Shown here one piece after another: positions 23,025 through 35,169 of a DNA stretch of 64,000 nt. This DNA comes from Eledone cirrhosa (Eukaryota): positions 354,082,001-354,146,000 of the forward strand of contig OZ024742.1 in NCBI GenBank assembly GCA_964016885.1, read 5' to 3'. A model generated the notes under the pieces. It did not search any database. It was not told the DNA's origin and worked only from the letters and a program-made list of their open reading frames with translations. How positions within the stretch are numbered: the first letter of the stretch is position 1; the number at the start of each line of letters is the position of its first letter. The position numbers and the translations under genes are program-made.

Positions 23025-26000
23025 ATGGATGTGTTAAGAGTAGGATGTTTGAATGCACGTGGCCTGGGCTCAACTTGGAAGCAAGCAAAGCTTCTAAATG
23101 ACCTCAGGTCATGTAGTATAAATGTAATGGTTATCTGTGAGACTCGAATCAGCGTCGTGCGGCAGCTGGCCCCCACCTTCAATGACTTTGAGGTGCATGC
23201 ATCTCTCTGTCAACCTGGAGGTGGGGGTGGGGTTGTCGTACTGCTGCAAAAACACCTGGGTCTTGCCGTACAGGTTGTGCACTCGGACCCGGAGGGTCGT
23301 TTGTTGGTGCTAGACGTTGGCAGTTGTGAAAGTGCGGCCTTGAGACTGGTCGCCGTCTACTCCCCTTTCGGAGCTGAACGGCCCGACTTCTTCCAGCGTT
23401 TGGAGACTTTTCTGGGAACGTCGCGTTCCCTGCTTCTAGCGGGAGATTGGAATGACATCCTGGATGCACGTTGGGACTATGCAGGAGCATGTCCTAATAG
23501 AGGGGGGTGTAACAGACTCAAGGGGTTACTCGACAGTATTAACTTGGTCGATAGATATCGATTAGATTTTCCAACTGTGCCTACCTGGACTTGGAGAAAC
23601 CACAGTGGTCAATCTAGATCGTACTTAGATAGATTCTTAGTTAGAAGTCAGGATAGGGACATATTAAGCTGTCCAGAAATGTGCACGGTTGGCTACACGG
23701 ATCACAAATTAGTGACCTGCGTGGTCAATCTCGAGAAAACACATAGACAGGGTCCCGGTTACTGGAAACTTAATTTGTCTCTACCGGCAAAAGAGACTTA
23801 CAGAAACCGGATTAGCAGATTAGTTAAGGAGAGGTTGACGGGTGCAATCGTCAACAACCGATGGTGGGCATCTCTCAAAAGAGAGATTAGAACAGAATCA
23901 ATAAGTTATAGCAAGATGTTAGCTGCCGATAGGAATAGAAACGAGAAAGAATTAACAGGTAAATTAGAAGAGGCAATCAAGAGCGAAGATGTGGCCAGAG
24001 TGCTGGCATCGAGGACGGCCTTGAACCAGTTTTTCGATGCAAAGCACGAAGGCTGCGTCATTCGAAGTAAAATACGTGCTCTAGGTAATGAGGGGGCCAA
24101 AGCCGTTGGATGGGCCCGCGTGACAGAAGCTAAGAGTGGAAATCGATCCACCATCCGGTCGTTGCAAGACGAAGATGGACGGGTGATCCGGGAGCCTAAG
24201 CAGATGTGCGAGGCCTTTCAAAGGCACTTTGCCCGATTGTTCGGGGGAGGCGAGGGTCCGGGCGGGGGCGTCGATTTCGGTCCATACCTCGACGGCCTGC
24301 CGCGTCTCTCGAACGAAGAGGCAGAGTCCTGCGAGGGACCAATCTCGGCTGATGAGATCGGAGATGCGCTGAGCCAATGCAGCAGACGCAAATCTCCAGG
24401 TCTCGATGGTATACCATACGAACTTTATTTAGCGATGCCGGTCTTCTTCTCCGAACTCCTCGAAGCGGTCTACTGCAATTGGCAGCAGAACGGGAGAATT
24501 CCTTGTTCTGTAGCCAAGGGCGTAGTCACGCTGGTGAGGAAGGACGAGAACAAGGGGGATAATATAAATAATTTTCGGCCCATAACCCTGCTAAACACAG
24601 AGTTAAAGATTTTGGCCAAGGTGTTAGCAAAGAGGTTGGCGCTTGTCGTGGGTGGCCTGGTGGGAGATGCGCAGACATGTGCTATCCCATCCAGGTCCAT
24701 TCCCGATAACCTCCACCTCATGCGATACATCATAGAGAGGGTTGGCAACAAACCCGGCTTCGGTGGGGCCCTGATCAACTTAGATCAGTCTAAGGCCTTC
24801 GAGAGGGTCGACCATGGTTACCTGGATGCGGTGCTAGCGGCAGCTGGGTTCGGTCCTGTTTTCAGAGGCTGGATCACTGCCCTACATAGCAACCACATAT
24901 GTTCTAGGATCAAGGTGAACGGCTACCTTTCGAAGCCGTTCGAAATCACACGATCCATTCGACAGGGGTGCCCTCTCTCCTCCCTTCTGTACGTATTGAC
25001 TCTCGAGCCTTTACTGAGGAAGTTGGAGTTGTTGCAGTGTATCCCCCTGGAACCAGGATTGAGCAAAGCGGTGTCGGCCTACGTCGATGACGTAACAGTA
25101 ATGGTATCAACCGACTCGGAGATCGAGGCGATCGGTACCTTACTGGAGGAGTACGAAAAGTTGTCAGGAGCGAAACTGAACCGGGAAAAATCCATCGGGC
25201 TGAAACTCGGAACGTGGAGAGGCAGACCGATGCCTCCTGACGGTGTCGTCGGACACTGGACGGAGGGCCCGGTAAAGTTGCTTGGGGTCTGGTTTGGACC
25301 GGACCTCCAGGTGGAAAAGAACTGGAACGAGGTTACGAACAAGGTGTTTGCACTAACCCAGAAATGGGCCAAGTGTAAGCTGTCCCTAAAAGGCCGGGCG
25401 GAGGTGGCGAACATTTACATAGCGTCCGTCACTTACTACCGCCTGACTGTCGTGCCTTGCCCTAAGGAAACACTCACCACCATGGAATGCATGCTCTTCC
25501 AATTTCTTTGGAAGAAGCGTCCTCCTATGGTGAGAAGATCCATCTGCTGCCAACAACCTTCGAAAGGAGGGCTGGGGATGCCGTGGTTGATGATGCGTAG
25601 GCACACATTAAGGCTACGGCACCTACAGGTATTCCTCACTGGTCAACCGGTGTGGGCTCCGTTCGTGAAACGAGCCTTTCCGAGACTTGTCTCGCTCACA
25701 GAGCTACAGTCCTGGGTCAAGCAAAGATCCGGAAAACTGGGAGACTGGCACACTGAGTGTGCTCAGGCGCTCAGGGCTCTCTGGCAAGCGGGCCAGGCCA
25801 TCGGTGGAGAATCCACCTCAGCATTCTATAGAGGGCTGGTGGCTAGCAGGGGCGATGACACCCTTGGAGAGTCGCTGGACATGGAAGAAGACGAACTGGC
25901 CAGCCTGTTCGGTAGGACTTTCGGCCCAGGACCAATGGACAACTTCCAGAAGTCACTGGCCTGGCAGTGCTACCGGGGGGCTCTACCCGTTCGAGAGAGG

Positions 26001-26462
26001 CTCTACAGACACGGGCGCCCGGGCAGGGATCCCTCAAAAAAGATTTGCCCTAGATGCGTGCGTCACGAAGAAACCGTTGCGCACGCATTGGTGCAATGTC
26101 CGGGCGTGGCAGATCTGTGGGGCTACGCCGAACGACTGCTGTCGCGGGTGGCGCCGATTAAATTGACCGCGGAGTCCGTGATGACAATCAAACTGCCTCC
26201 CCTCTTCACAAAGGAAGCAAAGGCGGTTTTTCTGTGCGTAATAGCCATGTTGAAAGAGGTTGTTTGGTGGACACGATTGAAAGGTCTGAGGTCAGGCAAC
26301 TTCCTCTCTGGCCATAGTCTGGTCTACTTCTTCCGATATCACTTCGGAAGAAGGATAAGAATGGAGAGAGAGGTGCTTGGCCACAGGCAGTTTTATGAAA
26401 GGTGGGTGATAGTGGCGAGAATGGCTCGTGTAAATGGGCCTTCTCTGTATACCATCCTGTAG
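23025..26462 (+). CDS. Tx1-B2 ORF2: APE endonuclease, reverse transcriptase and CCHC (1145 aa, uninterrupted)
   Basis: CLN, CET, AVY, GDWN, YLDR, TDHK; FRPITLLN, LDQSKAF, RQGCPLS, YVDD; CPRC..HALVQC. Confidence 0.95.
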   Translation: MDVLRVGCLNARGLGSTWKQAKLLNDLRSCSINVMVICETRISVVRQLAPTFNDFEVHASLCQPGGGGGVVVLLQKHLGLAVQVVHSDPEGRLLVLDVGSCESAALRLVAVYSPFGAERPDFFQRLETFLGTSRSLLLAGDWNDILDARWDYAGACPNRGGCNRLKGLLDSINLVDRYRLDFPTVPTWTWRNHSGQSRSYLDRFLVRSQDRDILSCPEMCTVGYTDHKLVTCVVNLEKTHRQGPGYWKLNLSLPAKETYRNRISRLVKERLTGAIVNNRWWASLKREIRTESISYSKMLAADRNRNEKELTGKLEEAIKSEDVARVLASRTALNQFFDAKHEGCVIRSKIRALGNEGAKAVGWARVTEAKSGNRSTIRSLQDEDGRVIREPKQMCEAFQRHFARLFGGGEGPGGGVDFGPYLDGLPRLSNEEAESCEGPISADEIGDALSQCSRRKSPGLDGIPYELYLAMPVFFSELLEAVYCNWQQNGRIPCSVAKGVVTLVRKDENKGDNINNFRPITLLNTELKILAKVLAKRLALVVGGLVGDAQTCAIPSRSIPDNLHLMRYIIERVGNKPGFGGALINLDQSKAFERVDHGYLDAVLAAAGFGPVFRGWITALHSNHICSRIKVNGYLSKPFEITRSIRQGCPLSSLLYVLTLEPLLRKLELLQCIPLEPGLSKAVSAYVDDVTVMVSTDSEIEAIGTLLEEYEKLSGAKLNREKSIGLKLGTWRGRPMPPDGVVGHWTEGPVKLLGVWFGPDLQVEKNWNEVTNKVFALTQKWAKCKLSLKGRAEVANIYIASVTYYRLTVVPCPKETLTTMECMLFQFLWKKRPPMVRRSICCQQPSKGGLGMPWLMMRRHTLRLRHLQVFLTGQPVWAPFVKRAFPRLVSLTELQSWVKQRSGKLGDWHTECAQALRALWQAGQAIGGESTSAFYRGLVASRGDDTLGESLDMEEDELASLFGRTFGPGPMDNFQKSLAWQCYRGALPVRERLYRHGRPGRDPSKKICPRCVRHEETVAHALVQCPGVADLWGYAERLLSRVAPIKLTAESVMTIKLPPLFTKEAKAVFLCVIAMLKEVVWWTRLKGLRSGNFLSGHSLVYFFRYHFGRRIRMEREVLGHRQFYERWVIVARMARVNGPSLYTIL

Positions 26463-27187
26463 GTAAAGAAGTAAAGGAGAGGGTAGCACCTTCTCCATGT
26501 GCTCCCCGGGCAAAGGATTGCACACTTTTTCGGGGGTGTGTGCAACCCCCATCACGTCTCCTCCCTTTTGAGATTATTTTCGATTATTTTCATGTTACAC
26601 CCTTTTTACTCGATTATATGTAAACTCCCCCTTTGTATTTGTCCCTTCTTTTTATGCCTTTATGGTAAATATAGAAATCTATCTATATATCTCCCTCTCT
26701 CTATATATATATATATACCGTTTATCCTGATCGCTTGAAATGAAATACCGATAACGCGTAAGAAAATCCAAGAAGAAAAAAGATGAAACGAATAGCCAAA
26801 TTAGGACTGAATATATTGAATTGGATAAAGGAGGCACTAACATAATTATTAATCGCTACTATTATAGTCAGGTTATGAATTTAGTGTAACGTGTGCACCG
26901 GATATTGTGCAGACATCACACAATAAAACATGAGAGTGTCACAAATAAAGGTATCATGAACGAAATAAACGCTGTATAATAGGAGAATGAACTAATCTAG
27001 CGATACTATAGAAGGAAAAATGAAACAAACCCTCTCAACACTAATAGTAATACAAATAAGACATAAGATTGACAGAATGTCGTACAAATATTTATTTTAC
27101 CGGGTTGGTGGAAAACACATGCATATTGAAAGTTACTTATAACTTTTGATTTAGCGTGACACTTGGGACAATACCATTGACCTCACG

Positions 27188-27510
27188 TTGCTGCAAGATG
27201 GATCCTCACCATATGTTGAATGCATTGCTCCTGAGTGACATTTTGTCCAATTTCCAGGACGTTGGTCGGGTCAACGAGTTCAATATGAATGGCCAGCAAC
27301 AATCGCTGACTTAACATCATGCGATTTCTTCTTCTATGTGTGGGAGAAGAAATAAGTTTATAGTTTAAAACCAAAAGCTTTCACTTAATTGAAAGAACGC
27401 ATTCGTCATGAACTGCCCAGCACACCATATGAGTTCTTTACAATGTCAGCCGATAATGTACCGAGAAATTTACAAACACTACTGGATAACGCTGGGGTAT
27501 ATGTAAAACG
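27188..27510 (+). pseudogene. Tc1/mariner transposase relic with DD41D (rosa/Visitor) spacing
   Basis: Translates LLQDGSSPY...FPGRW...EWPATIADLTSCDFFF..VY..KP...LKERI, with 41 residues between the second and third Asp and in-frame stops. Confidence 0.75.
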
Positions 27511-27656
27511 TCATTACTTCTAATGTTATAGTGATCAAAACGAAACATGATTTACGAAGGTCGACCAATAATTAATAAGTTATTGACACTTTTAAATAGA
27601 GTTTATGTTCACTCTCCCTATATAAGCATTCAAAATATCTATTTATAACAGGAAAA

Positions 27657-27657
27657 T

Positions 27658-27694
<37 letters not shown>

Positions 27695-27794
27695 GCTGCT
27701 GCTGCTAATAATAATGATAAGCTAACACTTTTAAATAAAGATTTTATTTTCACTCCCTATATAAGCATTCATAATATCTATTTATAACAGCAAA

Positions 27795-27828
<34 letters not shown>

Positions 27829-27950
27829 GTACTACTACCGATACTACTGCTGCTGCTCCTGCTACTAATACTACTACAACTATTACTACTGCTGCTGCTG
27901 CTGCTGCCGCTCCTGCTGCTTTTATTGTTGTTGTTCTTGCTGCTGCTACT
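27657..27950. repeat. (CTA)n/(CTG)n compound microsatellites with a short local duplication
   Basis: Seen directly; about 27586-27660 is repeated at about 27725-27795. Confidence 0.85.
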
Positions 27951-28309
27951 ACAATTAAATACCACTTAACATTGAGGGGATGGACAAACTTATGGAAACA
28001 AATGAAATAGGTGCATACTAGTGTTTCAAAAAATATTGAATGACTTTAAATGGAATAGGATATGTCAATATAAACAAGTGAAACATAGACATATTGTCAC
28101 AATAGTCATAGCAGGATTCAAACAACTTTTATTTGAGGCTCAAACTAAGCTCAAATTGTATGAACAATGAATAATTGAGTATAGTCAAAACATTTTTTTC
28201 TACCGTCGGTAGATAAATTATTTATGCCACGATAAGCTCAAACGGATCATTGTGTAGAGGCAGACGAAGTATAGTTTTAATCCTATTTAGTGTAGGGAGA
28301 TGAATTATT

Positions 28310-28452
28310 TATAGCAAAGTGTTACGGCCGTTTATGGTCTGAGTTCAAATCCAGCCGAGGTTATCTGTGCCTTTAATCCTTACAGGGTCGATAAAATAAA
28401 GCACCAGTAATACACTGGGATAATTGCTGGCCTTGTGCTAAAATTAGAAACA
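28310..28452 (+). mobile_element. tRNA SINE, 5'-truncated
   Basis: B box GAGTTCAAATCC and tail GGCCTTGTGCTAAAATTAGAAACA. Confidence 0.85.
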
Positions 28453-29299
28453 AATATTTATATCACGATATATGTGGAAATATCAGACATAGAGGAAAGA
28501 CTCTTGGTGTAGAATCAATGAAGTACTCCTGGGTTAGTATTTGCAGGAATGCGAAATATACTATGTGAAACCCGAATTAACTTCAATTATAAAAGCCAGA
28601 AAACATGGTTACAGTCTAAATTAATATAAACATTTATACATTTTTATTCTATGTAGTGGAATCTGCAACTAGATTGAAGTGACGTTCACTGTTATTGCTT
28701 ATATAAATAATACCATGAACTGGAAACAATTACATTAGGACTATATTATATTCTGACAACGGAGAGCCGTTACTGTAATGGAGAACAAATGAGAGGAATA
28801 TTTTTCCACATTGTACGCCTTTCAGAATTACATACTATAGATAAATATCGTTCAATAATTCCACTATAGGAAACTTCATAGCATGAATATTGTAGAACAA
28901 ATGCAGGGATTTTTTTAGGACTAGCCATACATACACGCTATATAAAGTGTTGGGCTATAAACAACGGAGGAAACATAATGTGAAATGTTGATTAAAGAAC
29001 AATGCTGAAAGGTTTTAAGACTAACTTATTTAGTGATGGCGTGGTTAGACATTTAATAACAAACAAGGACATTGTACCACACGCTTAGGCAATGTATTAT
29101 ATGAAACTATTTGGCTTCGATAATAAAATAATTGATTTCGTATGTAGTGTTGTGAAAACATGGGAGATAAATAAGTACAGAAATAATTCGTGCTGCTAGC
29201 TTGCAGCAATTAGTGTTAGTAATTTGTAGAACACGTATGATATTAATGTTGAGAAAAACAGTAGTTATGTATCGATGGTGAATATACCACTGCATGCTT

Positions 29300-29615
29300 A
29301 ACAATCATTTGCTTATGGGTGATCTTAAAATGTTCGAGAAGAAAAAAAAACGGATGGTTTCTTCCGTTAAATATTTTCACTTATTTTGCAAAGAATTGCG
29401 ATACAATTCTTATGAGATAGAGAAATGTGATTTCAGCTAACATGAATAGTACTCCCTGGTTATAATGTAATATATGGCAATGAGAAGTTGTATAAGTACT
29501 TAGGAATAGAAAAACCGATTATTGGGACTGAAAGAAAATATATATTTAGAAAAAGGAATCAAGGAACTAACATTTATGTCGAACGTAAAACGGAAATGGA
29601 GGAATGTGTTGTTAT
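29300..29615 (+). pseudogene. Highly decayed Dong/R4-like RT relic
   Basis: NHLLMGDLKMF and YKYLGI remnants in the expected order. Confidence 0.5.
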
Positions 29616-29683
29616 CTTTAAGCAAATAAGGGGAACCAGTAATAAGTGATAGATAAGGCATTCTCAAATGGAATAAGGAAAAT

Positions 29684-29837
29684 CTTCTTCTTCTTCTTCT
29701 TCTTCTTCTTCTTCTTCTTCTTCTTCTTCTTCTTCTTCTTCTTCTTCTTCTTCTTCTTCTTCTTCTTCTTCTTCTTCTTCTTCTTCTTCTTCTTCTTCTT
29801 CTTCTTCTTCTTCTTCTTCTCCTCCTTCTTCTTCTTC
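29684..29837. repeat. (TTC)n microsatellite
   Basis: Seen directly. Confidence 0.98.
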
Positions 29838-30454
29838 ATCGTCATAGGTTCAATATGGTATCAGTGGGCATAGTCTAGGTATTACATCTTTGTTTGTTCC
29901 ATTCTGATAAAATAAAAGAAATTTCAGCGTCCTCGATGCAAAGACAAAACAAAGATTAACTTTATCGCTGTGACTTCAATTATATTCAAGCTATTACAAG
30001 CTATGAAGAATAATACCATGTACTAAACGTTATCGTGTGCTTTCTCATTTACACCTGTTTACGTTTGTTGTTCTGTCATATAACAAATTGTTTTGTTTTC
30101 GTCGATTTTAAAGTAGGTTTCTTTATATTTGACCTAAAAGGTTATTTCTAAGTACATGCATTCCATACAGTTATCTAATTACTGTATGTGTAGAATTTGA
30201 AATCCTTCGAAATTTGCAGTGCTCAAATTTGTTTAAATAGATAGTTTTCTATGCGGTTGAGCCAGGTGCATCACCGAAGAGAAACCAGCAACGACAACAA
30301 TATAATAAAGTTTACAATATATTACTGATTACAATAGAACACAATACAAATGTTGCTTGGGACGGTGGATGAACTTTATGTAGTTCCATGGAGAATTCCA
30401 CAAAAACCCTGTCATCTGAGGGGTGAGACCAGTTCGCTCACTTAGTTTCTTTAT

Positions 30455-30935
30455 TCCTCTCTAGAAAAGCATTGTGTCCATTCTTTCACCCTCGTCAATC
30501 TCGCCGCTCTCACAAATAAAACACAGTAGAAGGCAGCTCTTCCCTCTCTATCTTAATATATGCCGGTTTAGCAGAGGTTGAAATGTGATGACCTCACTGA
30601 TTTTAGACGAGGTCACTATACTTCTTCTCTTGCTATATTTACCAGACATAGGAATAATTGTCACGCATGCTTTCTAAAAATGGTGGTACTTCAATTGTTA
30701 CGATAGACACGGTTGATATGCGGATATGTTCTAATTGAGATAAAAGTTCACACAAGCCCACAAGTCAGCAATGCAAGGTAACGAGATGATAGCGTGCAAT
30801 AGGGTTTCGTCGCTTTGACTTCATATCGTTCAAGTCCCTGTGTGTCAATTATTGGCCGTAGAAGGGCTCCCAAACTGGTCGTATACCTGCCAATGTTGTT
30901 TGTCACTCATAGCACCTCTCATAATATCGTCGCTC
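30455..30935 (-). pseudogene. Old Tx1-like ORF2 3' relic
   Basis: CCCACAAGTCAGCAATGC..GGTTTCGTCGCT and CTTCCCTCTCTA match 11360-11670. Confidence 0.6.
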
Positions 30936-32195
30936 TAATGTTTTTAATATTCTGTTAATATAACTTAGGAAAACAAGCATTATATTCTGAACGACTAAAG
31001 TTTACTTTGGCTTATAAATACCGAGAATGCTTGGCTGCTCCCGAGAATGACAGATCTTGCTTGGCAATTAACCCAGGATTTTGGGTCGGTTACAGAGATC
31101 GACTGCCGAAAGATATATTGCACGTATTCGTTGCTTTGCTATTGTCTTAACTTAGTTAATTCCGCCCTATTCGACATTGCAGTACTTGAGGTAATAATGC
31201 ACATTTCACAACAAGCATAGTCTCTGAGGAATCACATGGATGTAATCATTGACTAAATATTATATTTAAGAGTACCTAATCGCAGAATCTTTTTTGTATG
31301 TGTGAGAGTTGACTCTTGTTATTCGATGGAACGGATTCAAATTAAAAACAAACCTCATCGTATTCTATTTATGGTTGATCTGAATTGTTTATTTAAATAC
31401 TAGCCGTGTAGAGAGTTGATTTGATCAGTAATAAAGCAGATTATTTTGTAGTTTTAGTGGAATAAAATTGTTATTAATGATTTCATACTGCACTGTCATT
31501 AAAACAAAATAAACGAAGGGGGATATTTAAATATAATCAGAAAATCATTTTACACGACAATTTTATGAGGCAATGTTTAAAATAATGAAAATCAAATGAT
31601 TGAGGAAATGAAATTAATGTTTCAAAATAATACAGTAATTTATATATATAATTTGCACAAAGATGTTGAAGAATCATTAATTTCCTAACACATTACATAT
31701 ATTATTTATATGAAATTTCATTTGATATTGATGCAGAAAACACGAGAAAAATCGTCACGGAATTGGTGACAATTTTATGTAAAACGAATCGATGGCAAGT
31801 AGTTATAGCGGGTGATACTTATGCGAGAGTACATCATTAGTGATTCGGTTTTAAGGGGCTAACCATATAAACAGGGAACAAATTCTTAACATTAATATAT
31901 CCAAAATAACATATGTATTGAGATAATTCTTGATATAATATTCTCATTGAAATGGGACTATGAAAAACCAAACTAATGCTATCAAAAATATAGGTTATTC
32001 ACCCATTTTGAATTACAGCAGAATCACAATGACTTTCTCACGATATAGTTGATAAAAAACACGGATATATGAATACATCTGTTTTGGTTTTACTATATAT
32101 ATATATATATATGCGTAATATATTTTACACGCACGCCCTGATATGTATATAAGAAGAATATACATACATACACACATACACACACCCACACCCAA

Positions 32196-32227
<32 letters not shown>

Positions 32228-33219
32228 GTGTATATATGAGTTTATGTGTGTGTGTGGATACGTGTGTATCTTCTTTTTACATACATATCCGGATTTGTGT
32301 GTAAAAAATTGTTCGACTTGTAGCCGTATTTTTTTAACACATGTCATGATCTTTGTCATATAGAAGATTCTATTTAACTATAATATTCGGTGAACTTCAA
32401 ATTTGAAATTAATATTAGGATTTAATCTTCTTTATTTTTGAATTTAACAAATAAATGTCAAATTTGAGATGTTCGAATTATATTTGAAGGACTTTTGAAT
32501 CTTGTGTTTTGAAAGAATACATATTATTTGAAGATTCGTGAAATGAAAGTGAGTTTGATATTTAAATTATTACAAATAAACGTCAAATTGACGAAACGTT
32601 TAACTACTATTATTGCGTTGATTAACGTATAAACGTTTCAAATACTCTAAATGCAATTTACATACTATCACGTACATCTCCACACATGTAATTTGAACAT
32701 CAGGCTTATTCTTTAATTTCTCTATCATGGTTTTCTGCTATAGCATTATAGCTTTTTTCAGAGGCACAGCCCTGAATATTTCGATTATCTCAACGGATAT
32801 ACCTAATCATATACATTTGTTAGAGAAAATGTCAAGTGGATAGAATTCAATCCGTTCTTATTATTGCAATATATGTAAATAATAGCTGCTGGATCCATTC
32901 ATATCAATTTGATTTCAATGACATGCATTTTAAATAATGCCAGCAGTAGCTATTATGACACATGTTAATGTTTGATTGGAAAGCAACTGCTCATCATGTA
33001 CAAGCTAAAATAATTTTTTGCATCACTTTAATTGCATTGAAAACTGTTGAAGGACAAAGAAAATGATACCTTTCACTGTTGAAATATTGATGCTTCTCCA
33101 CATCAATTTCATTTCAAAATAAAATATTCTCGAGAAGATTTATAAAATTACATATACACGACAGGATTTGAAGGAGTATTATATACTGTGCCATAAATCA
33201 TATTGTTCGACGCTCTTCC

Positions 33220-34125
33220 AATACCGACAATCCATCTCACTAAATCTTTTAAATGTTAAGAGCTTGGGTATATTGATTTTACCTAAAGATTAGCCAAAGA
33301 AGGCAGCGTGATAGAACTATAAAGTGTCTTGTGAAAATAGACTTGATATTTCCGTCATTTGTCGTTGGACGATGGACCTTTCCAATCTGCTCTTTGCACA
33401 TGATATATTTCTATCAGACTGGAAACTGTTTCATGTTGTAACAGAATAGTATAATGCTAGGAACAGCGCAAACATCAGTTCGATTTATAAACTTACTACA
33501 ACAATAAATTTCTAGCTGAGGCGAATAAATATTTAAGATATAGACAATTCAAATAGCTAAGACATTTTCTGAACAAGAACCACAAACCCTTATAGGAGAT
33601 ACAACAAGGCTTGGTGATGAGGTTCTACCATGAGATGCTGAACTTCATAAGAAGAATCAAAAAGATTTGCTTCGTGATCTAGATTTTTTTTTACTCTATT
33701 CAGTTGATGCATATCCTGATGACACTCTTTATAACAGAGAATTGGTAAACCGCCTTTTGTTAAACGCATGTATGTTTTGAAGAATATCGAACATGCAGAA
33801 TAAAAAGATATTGCGGGGACGATATTGCTCCTCTCAAATCCTGACCTGGTGTATCACACTTCCACGCGACATATCAATCCTTGATAAACGTACAAAACTG
33901 GATGTAGACTAGGAAAGAAAACTGGTACGAAGCAGCAGGGTTGTGAGTTCTACCTTGTGCGATGAGAAAACAATTCTAGAAATATCATAAACAAATCTAT
34001 TTCAAATAACAACAGTAGAGGTATTTAAAACAGAGAAAGCAAGGGAAATAGAGTCACAGAAGAATGGAGAGGGAAGAAGGAGGGTGGTCTCTATAGGAGC
34101 AGGGCACGGTGGCTTTGGGGCAGCA
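33220..34125 (+). pseudogene. Very decayed RLE non-LTR relic, possibly HERO-like
   Basis: Faint remnants resembling R(Q/P)ISL.N, QQGLVM, RKENW.EAA and G.GHGGFG in the expected order. Confidence 0.3.
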
Positions 34126-34504
34126 CCCTGCGAAGAAAACCGCAGATGCATTTCAGTGGACAATGACTAGGGTCACCCGCTAAAACAGCTACATCACTTC
34201 GTAAGGTTCCTTCCTCAGGTGGGCGACGTTTTTATCTTACCTTGTAGGGTAACTCGGCACTAAGGGGTCCAAGTAAGCATGAAGTCTCGACGGCAACCGG
34301 TGCGAAGAGGAGGTGGCCGAACAATTCCCGCTATTTGTTAAAAATGAAAATAAATATGTATATTAATGAAACCTCACCTGAAAGTTGTGAATGCTTATAT
34401 CACCCTATCATCCACGTTCATCTATGAATCATGAAAGCATCTATCCACGTCCGTTTGGTAATTGCATCTGTTTTACTATTTACAAGTTTATATGCTACTC
34501 CCTA

Positions 34505-34572
<68 letters not shown>

Positions 34573-34664
34573 CAGCTCGCACCTATGCAGGTTTAGCTGG
34601 CCTCTACGAAGGTATATCTCGTTGGAGGTGTCTTAGGTAATTTAATGAGAAGGACCCGATTCTA

Positions 34665-34798
34665 TCATCTCATTTTTACAGCTGAGTAAACTTGAGCAAC
34701 GGGAAATAAAGTGTCTTTCTCAAGGAAACACCACGTCACCCGGTCACAACCTTTCAATTGCAAGCCCAATTCTCTAACCACTAAGACATGCGCCTTCT
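34665..34798 (-). mobile_element. CORE-type tRNA SINE relic
   Basis: Minus strand GGCGCATGTCTTAGTGGTTAG...CCTTGAGAAAGACACTTT...CTCAGCTGTAAAAATG. Confidence 0.6.
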
Positions 34799-34871
34799 CA
34801 AATCCCTAATGTACGTGTTTTTGTATGGTCCTTGATATTTTGCCCCTATGTTGCTAATAAAATAAATCATA

Positions 34872-34999
34872 TAATTCCTGTCGAGATTATATTTGTCTTT
34901 CATTCCTGATGGGTCGCCAAATAAAGTAACACTAACGGACTGGGCTAACATTCCTCTCCACCATAATGTTGGCCTTGTGCCTAAATAGGCAACAATTAT
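34872..34999 (+). mobile_element. Diverged SINE 3' part running into (TAG)n at 35027-35185
   Basis: CTTTCATTCCTGATGGGTCG..AAATAAAGTA..TGGCCTTGTGCCTAAATAGGCAACAATTATT. Confidence 0.65.
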
Positions 35000-35026
35000 T
35001 AGTATTAGTAGCAACAGGAGCAACAA

Positions 35027-35090
<64 letters not shown>

Positions 35091-35116
35091 GATGGTGGCG
35101 GTGGTGGCGGTGGCGT

Positions 35117-35169
<53 letters not shown>

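Larger units (their letters stand above)
20859..26676 (+). mobile_element. Full-length Tx1-clade LINE B2 with 19-bp TSD
   Basis: ATCTATCTATATATCTCCC at 20840-20858 and 26677-26695; 5'UTR, ORF1, ORF2 and 3'UTR are all present. Confidence 0.92.

Noticed and set aside
21756-26555. Antisense ORFs over the LINE coding regions
   Set aside because: Shadow frames of the real ORFs with no independent motifs.
34170-34330. HDV-like ribozyme (CCT-TCCTC-AGG with a partial P1)
   Set aside because: P1.1, P4 and J4/2 could not be assigned.
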